A stretch of DNA of 64,000 bases from an uncultured delta proteobacterium (lineage in GTDB: Bacteria > Desulfobacterota > Desulfuromonadia > Desulfuromonadales > BM103), in the NCBI GenBank assembly GCA_963715335.1, contig CAVQRZ010000030.1, forward strand, positions 1 to 64,000. The letters are read 5' to 3'. Position numbers and translations under genes: made by a program. Shown piece by piece: positions 56,539-64,000 of this stretch (position 1 is its first letter; each line of letters begins with the position of its first letter). Under the pieces are notes generated by a model that was given only the letters and a program-made list of their open reading frames with translations, did no database searches and had not been told where the DNA came from.

Positions 56539-56565
56539 GGCCGCCTGCAGAGGCGGCCCTTTTTT
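56539..56565 (+). terminator. Intrinsic terminator
   Basis: ggccgcct-gcag-aggcggcc followed by a T run. Confidence 0.8.
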
Positions 56566-56754
56566 GTTGCTGAGGAAGCTCACGCTCAACTTTTTTGCAT
56601 TTTTCCTGTTTAATAAAAATTCTGACAAGCTCCTGTTTTTGTGACGAAGTTAAAAGAGCCTTAACCACACAAACGATAATCAGCCAAGTCGGCACGGACT
56701 GTGCAAAAAAACTCTAAGCATGACGATAAACATCCTGCGCCTGGAGTGATCAGT

Positions 56755-57471
56755 ATGCCCGCGAAAAAAATCGTTCTCTCGCATGATCCCGCCTTGCTGG
56801 CGATCCTGAAGAATTCCTATTTCCAGAGGGAAGGCTTTGAAATGGTGCTGGTCAAGGATGGCCAGACCGGCTTCCAGGCTGTTGAGGCCGAGGCCCCGAC
56901 CCTTTCGATCTTCGATATTGCGCTGCTGGGAGAGCAGGCCCTTGAGTGTTGCCGGTCGATCAAGAACGATGCGTTGCTGGCCAACACTCCAGTATTGCTC
57001 GTGCTGCCCGAAAATGCTGATGAGGATGTGGCTGATGCATGCTGGAGTGCCGGCACCGATGCGGTTGTCCACCGGCCTCTGGAGGCAGCACGGTTCCTCG
57101 ATGCGGTCTTTGGACTGCTCGGGATTTCCCGTCGCTTGGTCCCGCGGTTCCCGGTCAATTTCAAACTCAAGTTTCTTGACAGTAAGCAGAAACAGCATGT
57201 CGGTACCTGCGCAAACATTACCGTCGAAGGCATGTTCCTCGCGACGGAAACACTCTTCCCGGTCGATACCCAGTTGTCAATTGAGTTTACCCTGCCTGAC
57301 TTCCAGAGTCCTATTGCAGTCGTGGTCCGGGTTGCCTGGGTGAATCACCCGGAATGGCGGAAAAAGAGCACGCTGCCATGTGGGATGGGGCTTGAATTCA
57401 TTAACAGCAGCGCGGCTTTCAAACAGGCACTGAAGGCTTTTGTTGATAGTCTGGCAAGTCAAAGCTGTTAG
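56755..57471 (+). CDS. Degenerate receiver + PilZ domain protein
   Basis: REC-like N-terminus lacking the acidic pair; RRLVPR and NITVEG PilZ-like motifs, VRVAWVN...GMGLEF. Confidence 0.8.
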   Translation: MPAKKIVLSHDPALLAILKNSYFQREGFEMVLVKDGQTGFQAVEAEAPTLSIFDIALLGEQALECCRSIKNDALLANTPVLLVLPENADEDVADACWSAGTDAVVHRPLEAARFLDAVFGLLGISRRLVPRFPVNFKLKFLDSKQKQHVGTCANITVEGMFLATETLFPVDTQLSIEFTLPDFQSPIAVVVRVAWVNHPEWRKKSTLPCGMGLEFINSSAAFKQALKAFVDSLASQSC

Positions 57472-58352
57472 CTGTCGGAGGCTTCATTCGGGTTCAATCG
57501 GGCACTGCAATATTTACAGAAAACGGCATCATAGCTGTGCTTCTCCCCCCCGCATTCCGGGCACGCCTGGGTTGATACTTTCCCCTTGATCGGTGCGACG
57601 AGCTCTGCAGTGACAATTCCGGTTGGCACTGCAATCACGCCGTATCCCAATACCATGATGATGCTGGCCACTGCCCGTCCCAATGGAGACTGTGGGGAGA
57701 TATCTCCATAACCTACGGTCGTCAGGGTCGTTATGGCCCAGTAGCATGAAGCACCTATGGACGTGAACCCGCTTTCGTCACCTTCTATGAGATAAAGCAA
57801 CGAGCCGAAGATCAGGACCAGGCTCATGACGACAAACAGGAAGACCGATATTTTGCGCGTGCTGGCCCGCATTGCTTTCAGCAGGACCTCCGCTTCATTG
57901 AGGTATTGTGCGAGTTTCAGGATTCTGAAAATCCTCAGGAGGCGCAGGACCCTGATGGTCATCAGGTACTGCGAGCCGGGGAACAGCAGGCTGAGGTAGG
58001 TTGGCAAAATGGCGACGAGATCGACCAGGCCGTAGAAGCTGCGAATGTAGCGGACCGGGCTGCCAAGGGAAATAATCCTGGCAACATATTCTGCGGTGAA
58101 GATCAGGGTGAAAAACCACTCGATGGCATACAGGGCTTCGCCATGCTCGGTGCGGACTTCGGCAACGCTGTCGAACATCACGGTAATGATGCTCAGGATG
58201 ATGGCAATGATCAGAAAGATGTCGAAAAGCTTGCCCGTCGGGGTGTCCGCTTCGAAGATGATTTCGTGCAGCTTGATCCGCCAGGCTGCCGGGCTCTTGT
58301 CTTGCTTGGTTTGGGGGCCAGGGAATCTGTTGGGACGGGACGTTTTGCTCAT
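57468..58352 (-). CDS. Voltage-gated potassium channel (ion transporter)
   Basis: 6 TM, S4 RVLRLLRIFRILK, selectivity filter TTVGYGD, C-terminal CxxC..CxxC. Confidence 0.93.
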   Translation of the reverse strand: MSKTSRPNRFPGPQTKQDKSPAAWRIKLHEIIFEADTPTGKLFDIFLIIAIILSIITVMFDSVAEVRTEHGEALYAIEWFFTLIFTAEYVARIISLGSPVRYIRSFYGLVDLVAILPTYLSLLFPGSQYLMTIRVLRLLRIFRILKLAQYLNEAEVLLKAMRASTRKISVFLFVVMSLVLIFGSLLYLIEGDESGFTSIGASCYWAITTLTTVGYGDISPQSPLGRAVASIIMVLGYGVIAVPTGIVTAELVAPIKGKVSTQACPECGGEKHSYDAVFCKYCSARLNPNEASDS

Positions 58353-58452
58353 GTTGCCGCCTCTGCAAAGATAGGAGTTTCGTACAGGCATCCTGCCAGT
58401 TACAGCAAAAACGGTCAACCAGCGAACTGGTTATCGGATGCTGAATGGAAAT

Positions 58453-58481
58453 AAAAAAGGCCTTCTGCAGAAGGCCTTTTT
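58453..58481 (-). terminator. Intrinsic terminator after dfx
   Basis: aaaaaaggccttct-gc-agaaggccttttt palindrome. Confidence 0.75.
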
Positions 58482-58492
58482 GTTGTAACAGA

Positions 58493-58873
58493 CTAACTCT
58501 TTGCCGACCAGTGGCCGTGCAGGTTGCAATACTCACGCGCCGTTACCGTCTTGGCGATAAGGGGGAAAGTTGCTTCCGGAGTGTTTCCTGGCTGCAGGTT
58601 CTGACGGTAGACTTTGCCATCGGCGATCAACTCAATCCACTCGATGTAGTGCTCTGCGGCCATCGGGTGTGCTACGCTGCCAACCTTGACGGTAATGCTG
58701 TTGGCGCCGATCTGGATGACGGGAACGTGTTTTTCCAGCGCTGCGTCGACGGTGTTCTCGGTCAACAGGACCATCTTCTGATTGCAGCAGTTCAGGGCGC
58801 CGGGCCCGCCGTGCAGCAGCTCAACAATATTTCCGCAGAGTTCACACTTGTAGACTTCGTTCAGCTGGGGCAT
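58493..58873 (-). CDS. dfx: Desulfoferrodoxin (superoxide reductase)
   Basis: YKCELCGN...CC, EKHVP, HPM..EHYIEWI, YCNLHG. Confidence 0.97.
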   Translation of the reverse strand: MPQLNEVYKCELCGNIVELLHGGPGALNCCNQKMVLLTENTVDAALEKHVPVIQIGANSITVKVGSVAHPMAAEHYIEWIELIADGKVYRQNLQPGNTPEATFPLIAKTVTAREYCNLHGHWSAKS

Positions 58874-58890
58874 TTTGTTCTCCTTGTCGT

Positions 58891-59463
58891 TTAGTAGTTG
58901 TCGGGCTTCAGTTCAAAGTGGGCCTGCGGGTGGTTGCAGGCGGGACAGGTGTCGGGTGCTTCTATACCTTCATGTTGATAGCCACAGTTCTGGCAACGCC
59001 AAGACCTGGACTGTTCACGCTTGAAGACCTGGTTGCTTTGGATGTTGTTGAGAAGCTTCAGGTAGCGTTCTTCATGATATTTCTCGGCAACGGCGATCGA
59101 CATGAAGACGTCAGCAATCTCCGGAAACCCTTCTTCGCGTGCCGTCGCGGCAAACTCAGGGTACATGGTGCTGTACTCGTAGTTCTCACCGCCGGCGGCT
59201 TCCTTGAGGTTCTCCCTCGTCGAACCGACAACGCCGGCAGGGAAGCTGGCCGTCACTTCAACTTCGCCGCCTTCTAGCAGTTTGAACAGGCGTTTGGCAT
59301 GTTCTCGCTCGTGGTTGGCTGTTTCTTCGAAGATGTTTGAGATTTGTACATACCCCTCCTTTCTTGCCTGGGCTGAGAAATAGGTGTAACGGTTACGGGC
59401 CTGGCTTTCGCCGCAAAACGCCGTGAGAAGGTTTTTTTCTGTCTGGGTACCTTGCAGAGCCAT
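58891..59463 (-). CDS. rbr: Rubrerythrin
   Basis: [31 protein letters not shown]...CPACNH. Confidence 0.97.
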   Translation of the reverse strand: MALQGTQTEKNLLTAFCGESQARNRYTYFSAQARKEGYVQISNIFEETANHEREHAKRLFKLLEGGEVEVTASFPAGVVGSTRENLKEAAGGENYEYSTMYPEFAATAREEGFPEIADVFMSIAVAEKYHEERYLKLLNNIQSNQVFKREQSRSWRCQNCGYQHEGIEAPDTCPACNHPQAHFELKPDNY

Positions 59464-59628
59464 AGAGACCTCCATAGAAAATTCACATGCATATAGCCTG
59501 AGGCAGGATTATATCACAATCGTAACGCCCTGCAATTTATGATTAAATTAGTCTTCTAGTCAAGTTGTAATCTGATTTTTTCAGCAGACAGACGGTGAGT
59601 CGAGTCACGGCCCGGAATGACCGGAAAT

Positions 59629-59661
59629 AAAAAAGCCTCCCCTGGGAGAGGGAGGCTTTTT
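59629..59661 (-). terminator. Intrinsic terminator after ppcA
   Basis: aaaaaagcctccc...gggaggcttttt. Confidence 0.8.
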
Positions 59662-59678
59662 AACTCACAAACTGCGGC

Positions 59679-59945
59679 TTACTTCTTGTGGCAATCGTTG
59701 CACTTGGTCGGGCCAGTTGTTTCCTTGTGGCAGTCTTTGCAGGACGCGCCATGCGCAGCATCCTTGTCAATGGCGATCTTCGCCGGAGTGCCTTGGTGGC
59801 AGGCTTCGCAGCCAAGCTTGTCAGCATGAGCTTTGTGGTCGAAGGTGACGGCGCCTTTTTTGCTGTCGTAGGTTACGGAATCAGCGGCGTAGGCTACGGT
59901 GAAAGCGAAAGCGACCAGCATTACAGCAATAACCAGTTTTTTCAT
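59679..59945 (-). CDS. ppcA: Periplasmic triheme cytochrome c7 (PpcA family)
   Basis: signal peptide; GAVTFDHKAH, CEACH, CKDCH, GPTKCNDCH; closely resembles Desulfuromonas c7. Confidence 0.93.
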   Translation of the reverse strand: MKKLVIAVMLVAFAFTVAYAADSVTYDSKKGAVTFDHKAHADKLGCEACHQGTPAKIAIDKDAAHGASCKDCHKETTGPTKCNDCHKK

Positions 59946-60116
59946 GTGTCTCTCCTTAACGATGGATGGTTAATATTAAAATAAGCAGGAGTTAATCTAC
60001 ATACTCTAATCTTGTGGGTCAAGTGTTTTTTTAAGTCTTGGGCGATAGTTGTTGCTATGAATTGTCGATGAGGATGTTATAATGCAGCACAATATGTTGT
60101 CAGGTGGGAGTCCGAT

Positions 60117-60362
60117 ATGTCACGTTGGTTTTGGGTTGGTTTATTGTCTCTGTTGCTGGTCGGTTGTGCGTCGCGGTGGCAGAATGAGTCCAAGCTCCCT
60201 TCAGAGTTCTATGCTGATGACAGGGCTTGCCAGGCCGAGACCGGCGGCGTTGTGGCCGGGCTAGAGCCGGGCTCGGAACGCGTGAGCTACGAAAGCTGCA
60301 TGTGGGAGAAGGGCTGGCACAAGAAAAAAACTATCTGGTTCTTTGACCCGAAGGAAAACTAG
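60117..60362 (+). CDS. Small lipoprotein
   Basis: GGGAG RBS; LLVGC lipobox; ADDRAC...YESCMWEKGW. Confidence 0.75.
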   Translation: MSRWFWVGLLSLLLVGCASRWQNESKLPSEFYADDRACQAETGGVVAGLEPGSERVSYESCMWEKGWHKKKTIWFFDPKEN

Positions 60363-60411
60363 TTGCCAGGTTGTGTTTGGTATGCAAAAAGGGCAGACGT
60401 GAGTCTGTCCT

Positions 60412-60552
60412 GGGATTGTTGACAACCCCCGCACGTGATGCGGGGGTTGTTTTTTTTGCCTCGTTTAGGTGAAGGTTCTGTGAAGCTAAGGGCAACAGAT
60501 GGTTGATCTGTTGCCTTTCTAAACTTCAATGCTGAATTTTGTCAGCAACCTG
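60412..60552. mobile_element. ~140-bp MITE-like element with IS1182-like ends; contains copy 2 of the 20925-21027 repeat
   Basis: ends ggattgttgacaa / ttgtcagcaacc are imperfect inverted repeats; internal hairpins shared with 20925-21027. Confidence 0.65.
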
Positions 60553-60616
60553 AGAGAAAACGGGAGTCTGCCTTTTTTGGTTTTTTGCGGGGAGTGGGCA
60601 GTCTCCAGTATTCAGA

Positions 60617-60718
60617 ATTCTGGCTTCTGGCTTCTGGATTCTGGATTCTGGATTCTGGATTCTGGATTCTGGATTCTGGATTCTGGATTCTGGATTCTGG
60701 ATTCTGGATTCTGGATTC
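60617..60718. repeat. Heptamer tandem repeat (ATTCTGG)n, 14 units plus a partial
   Basis: attctgg, 2x cttctgg, 11x attctgg, attc; ends 7 nt from the stop codon of the CBS gene. Confidence 0.98.
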
Positions 60719-60725
60719 CCGAGAC

Positions 60726-62183
60726 TCAACGCGAGATGAAGTCGAGCCGGTAGTGCTCACGGATAATACGCAGAAGAAGGTTGACTCCCCGCAGGGCTTC
60801 GCGCAACTGGTTACGGGCTTTCTCCGGCAATCGTTGCGGATCGATGGCGTTGCTCGGCTTGTTGCCCGCTGCCAGGTCGCGGAGTTGGCGTTGCAGTCGG
60901 AAGTTGACCAGCGCGCTGAACGCGTCACTGATCGTCTCGCTGTCTTTCTTCGAAAGCACACTTAGCTGCCCCAGTTTCTCGAGTTTATCCCAGGTTGTCC
61001 CTCCGTCCACATTGTTCTCCAGGGCAAGCAGGCTGGCGCCTTCCGTTATGGCGAAGATACCGGCTTTTTTCAGTTCAACCTTGCCACGGTTCGAGCCGGT
61101 TCGTTCAACCTTGATCCGGCCGAACATCCCGAGAGGGGCTGGAAACCTGACAATGTTCTTGGCAACATGAGGGAAAAACAGCATGTGTCTCTGCGTTGTC
61201 GCATGGATGAATGCGTGTAGATCTTTTTCCAGAGATCTGTTGCCGTGAATTGTGCGGAAATCCTGAAACATGCCAAAGTTGACCATGCTCTCGCCGTCCG
61301 GCACGGTGATCCACTTCTCCAGCCTTTCCTGCCATTCACCAAGGCTGTGTCGCCACTGCGGGTTGCTGGCCATGGTATTGCCCGGGCAGCGGGGAATGCC
61401 GACAAATTCAAGGACCTCTACCAACCGGTCGGCAAACCGGGCGCAATCATCAATTTCAGAGGCCGCTATGTCGTCGGCATAAACCATGGCGCTGTCCTGA
61501 TCGGTGCGCAGGGTCTGCTCGCCACGGCCTTCGCTGCCAAGTGCGAGGTAGGCGGCTTTGGCAGGCAGGATAATCCCTTCCGTTGATTCCATGAGCGCGA
61601 TGATGCGTTCAGTAAACCCATCATTGAAGTGGGCAATCAGGTGGACCAGGCTCCTGGTGTCAGCGCCGGCATCCATGGCGCTGCGCACCATCTCGAGAAT
61701 GCTGCCGCTGATGCGCTGAAGATCGGCAAAAGATTCGGCGGTTTGAATCTCCTGGGCCAGGTAGAGCGGGCTGCGGGTCTGCTGGATGAGCAGGTCGGTC
61801 GCATTGATGATGCCGATCAAATCCTGATGCTCATCGACGACGGCAAGGCGGTGGAGGTTGTTTTTAGCCATTTTGAAAATGGCTTCGAAAACATAAGCGG
61901 AATGCCTGACGGTGATGACGCCGACGTGCATGACGTCACGGACCTTGTGGGCAATAAGGTTCGCTCCGTCCGCAGCCATGATGTCCCGTAGATCCCTTAC
62001 CGACAGGATCCCGACCGGGGCGTTGTCGTCGACGACGACAACGCCGGCAATGCTATGGTCACGCATCAGACAGGCCGCCTCGATCACGCTGATATCGGGG
62101 GAGCAGGTGATTGCAGGGCGGCGGCAGACGTTTTTTACGTGCAGGAAGAAAAAGCTTTCTTCGTTAAAATTACTGCCAGGCAT
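60726..62183 (-). CDS. CBS-pair + DUF294 putative nucleotidyltransferase
   Basis: two CBS domains; LGSEGRGEQTLRTDQDSA, CPGNTMASNP.W, DFR, LKKAGIF. Confidence 0.9.
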   Translation of the reverse strand: MPGSNFNEESFFFLHVKNVCRRPAITCSPDISVIEAACLMRDHSIAGVVVVDDNAPVGILSVRDLRDIMAADGANLIAHKVRDVMHVGVITVRHSAYVFEAIFKMAKNNLHRLAVVDEHQDLIGIINATDLLIQQTRSPLYLAQEIQTAESFADLQRISGSILEMVRSAMDAGADTRSLVHLIAHFNDGFTERIIALMESTEGIILPAKAAYLALGSEGRGEQTLRTDQDSAMVYADDIAASEIDDCARFADRLVEVLEFVGIPRCPGNTMASNPQWRHSLGEWQERLEKWITVPDGESMVNFGMFQDFRTIHGNRSLEKDLHAFIHATTQRHMLFFPHVAKNIVRFPAPLGMFGRIKVERTGSNRGKVELKKAGIFAITEGASLLALENNVDGGTTWDKLEKLGQLSVLSKKDSETISDAFSALVNFRLQRQLRDLAAGNKPSNAIDPQRLPEKARNQLREALRGVNLLLRIIREHYRLDFISR

Positions 62184-62767
62184 TAGTTGTTCCCCCGAAA
62201 AAGGTTGGATCGAAAACATTCTCCATGGATTCAGCATATTATGCAACAAATGGATGACCCGACCTGGCAAGAAAAAATCATGATTTAAGGAACAAAACAG
62301 GACGTGAGCTACCAAACTTGTGTTTTGCTGCTATACTTGCGACGGGTCGAAACAGCGTCTCCGGAAACGGTCGGTTTGGCGGGTTTTTATTGATCAATTT
62401 GACAAAAACGAAACAACGTTATATTTTTTTATTGACTAGATGCGGAGACTCAAGCTATCTTCTGTTGGACCTCATATTTATTGGGGTTTTTGTGGCTAAT
62501 TGGAAAAAACGGTGGTTAAAATCTGATTTTTTTGGTCGGTTAAAAAGTTTTTTTTATAGAAGCTGTTGCCGGGTCTCCCGGCCTTGATATCAAACGTTGT
62601 AACCCGAAATTAAAACCTTGTCTTCCTTGCGCCGCTCAGGCTGCGTCGGGGGGACACAAACAGTACCGGATAGAACGTTCGGACGAAGTGGGGAGGTGGT
62701 CGGGAAAATCAATGGTTTCGCATCATCGTGTTTCAAGTATTTTCAAATAACCTGAAGGAGGTTTTTT

Positions 62768-63025
62768 ATGAGTGAAGAAAATGGAAAAGCTTATTGGAAC
62801 GCAGTACTGAAGTTGGTAGGGGTTATGCTCACCATCTGGTTTGTCGTAGGCTATGGCTTCGGAATCTTCCTGGCTCCCGCGCTCAACGGGATCAAAATTG
62901 GTGGTTATCCGTTCGGTTTCTGGTGGTGCCAGCAGGGCTCCATGTATGTTTTTGTCGCGTTGATCTTCATCTACTCCAAGTTGATGGGTGATCTTGACAA
63001 AAAATTCGACGTTCACGAAGAGTAA
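62768..63025 (+). CDS. DUF4212 small membrane subunit of solute:sodium symporter
   Basis: AYW...IWFVV...GGYPFGFWWCQQGSMYVFV...LDKKFDVHE; GAAGGAGG RBS. Confidence 0.9.
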   Translation: MSEENGKAYWNAVLKLVGVMLTIWFVVGYGFGIFLAPALNGIKIGGYPFGFWWCQQGSMYVFVALIFIYSKLMGDLDKKFDVHEE

Positions 63026-63037
63026 GGAGGATAACTG

Positions 63038-64000
63038 ATGAGTCTACAAGCTACTATTTACCTCGTTGTCGGCCTTACCTTTGCCCTGTATATCGGTATC
63101 GCCATCTGGGCACGCGCGGGCAGCACGTCTGAATTCTACGTTGCTGGCAGCGGTGTCCACCCGGTCCTGAACGGTATGGCGACCGGTGCTGACTGGATGT
63201 CCGCAGCGTCCTTCATCTCCATGGCTGGCCTGATCGCCAACATGGGTTACGGCGGTGGTCTGTTCCTGATGGGTTGGACCGGCGGTTATTGCCTGCTGGC
63301 GATGCTGTTGGCACCTTACCTGCGTAAGTTCGGCAAGTATACCGTGCCCCAGTTCTTTGGCGACCGCTTCTATTCCAAGGGTGCCAGCTCGGTGGCCGTT
63401 GTCTGCCTGCTGATCGCATCGACCACCTACATCATCGGCCAGATGACCGGCGTCGGCGTGGCCTTCTCCCGCTTCCTGGGCGTCTCGAACCATATCGGTA
63501 TTTTCGTCGGTATGGGCATCGTCTTCGTCTATGCGGTGTTCGGCGGCATGAAAGGGATCACCTACACCCAGGTCGCCCAGTACTGCGTCCTGATCGTTGC
63601 CTACACGATTCCGGCGATCTTCATTTCGATGAGCCTCACCGGGAACCCGATCCCGCAACTCGGCCTCGGCGGCGATTTCGCCGACACCGGTATTTCCCTG
63701 CTCAGCAAGGTCGACCAGGTCGTCACCGACCTCGGTTTCCCGCAGTACACGACCAGCACCCGCATCAGCACTCTGAACATGTTCGTCTACACCTTCTCGC
63801 TGATGATCGGTACCGCCGGTCTGCCTCATGTTATCATCCGTTTCTTCACGGTGCCCAAGGTTAAGGACGCCCGTGCTTCCGCTGGTTGGGCGCTGGTCTT
63901 TATCGCCATCCTGTACACCACCGCTCCGGCCGTTGCCGCCATGGCAAAGCTGAACCTGCATGCAACCGTCAACAAGGCAGTCAAAGGCGGCGGCGACATG
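63038..64000 (+). CDS. actP: Cation/acetate symporter (SSS family), truncated by window end
   Basis: AAGGAGG RBS; MSLQATIYLVVGLTFALYIGIAIWARAGSTSEFYVAG...NGMATGADWMSAASFISMAG...GTAGLPHVIIRFFTVP; open to the window edge. Confidence 0.88.
   Translation, partial: MSLQATIYLVVGLTFALYIGIAIWARAGSTSEFYVAGSGVHPVLNGMATGADWMSAASFISMAGLIANMGYGGGLFLMGWTGGYCLLAMLLAPYLRKFGKYTVPQFFGDRFYSKGASSVAVVCLLIASTTYIIGQMTGVGVAFSRFLGVSNHIGIFVGMGIVFVYAVFGGMKGITYTQVAQYCVLIVAYTIPAIFISMSLTGNPIPQLGLGGDFADTGISLLSKVDQVVTDLGFPQYTTSTRISTLNMFVYTFSLMIGTAGLPHVIIRFFTVPKVKDARASAGWALVFIAILYTTAPAVAAMAKLNLHATVNKAVKGGGDM

Noticed and set aside
59500..59580. PerR/Fur box upstream of rbr-dfx
   Set aside because: AT-rich, but I could not define a convincing palindrome by eye; needs a PWM scan
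60617..60718. Possible CRISPR array
   Set aside because: 7-bp units with no spacers and no cas genes
60526..60965. ORFs with ESRIQNP / WILDSGF repeats
   Set aside because: Translation artefacts of the non-coding heptamer repeat

Overview
Mostly chromosomal housekeeping and accessory DNA from an anaerobic deltaproteobacterium, most likely Desulfuromonadales (triheme PpcA/c7 cytochrome, rubrerythrin, desulfoferrodoxin, actP, GEMM-I riboswitch). Genes include parDE, ftsK, uppP, rnj, sfsA, guaC, tmcAL-like, rmuC, PAS-GGDEF-EAL, clpS-clpA-aat (aat frameshifted), an uncharacterised membrane protein + vWA lipoprotein pair, rpsU, nikR, the class III RNR locus, a sucrose cluster (sps-spp-fructokinase-amylosucrase), murI, a C-terminally truncated metH, a heme-c sensor kinase/NtrC pair, class II photolyase/ybgA, two FKBPs, a K+ channel, dfx, rbr, ppcA and the start of actP. 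The most striking observation is a split anaerobic ribonucleotide reductase. The 663-aa NrdD stops inside its Zn-binding motif, and the glycyl-radical loop plus the probable fourth Zn ligand are encoded by a separate 46-aa ORF (32888-33028, missing from the ORF track) with its own RBS, ahead of nrdG and under two NrdR boxes. Other non-obvious elements are two degenerate tRNA-Pro 3'-fragment repeats bracketing a decaying 3.6-kb cassette, two kinds of MITE-like elements, a heptamer tandem repeat and unannotated small ORFs. No rRNA, intact tRNA or CRISPR array was seen. All family assignments come from motif recognition by eye; no database search was run.
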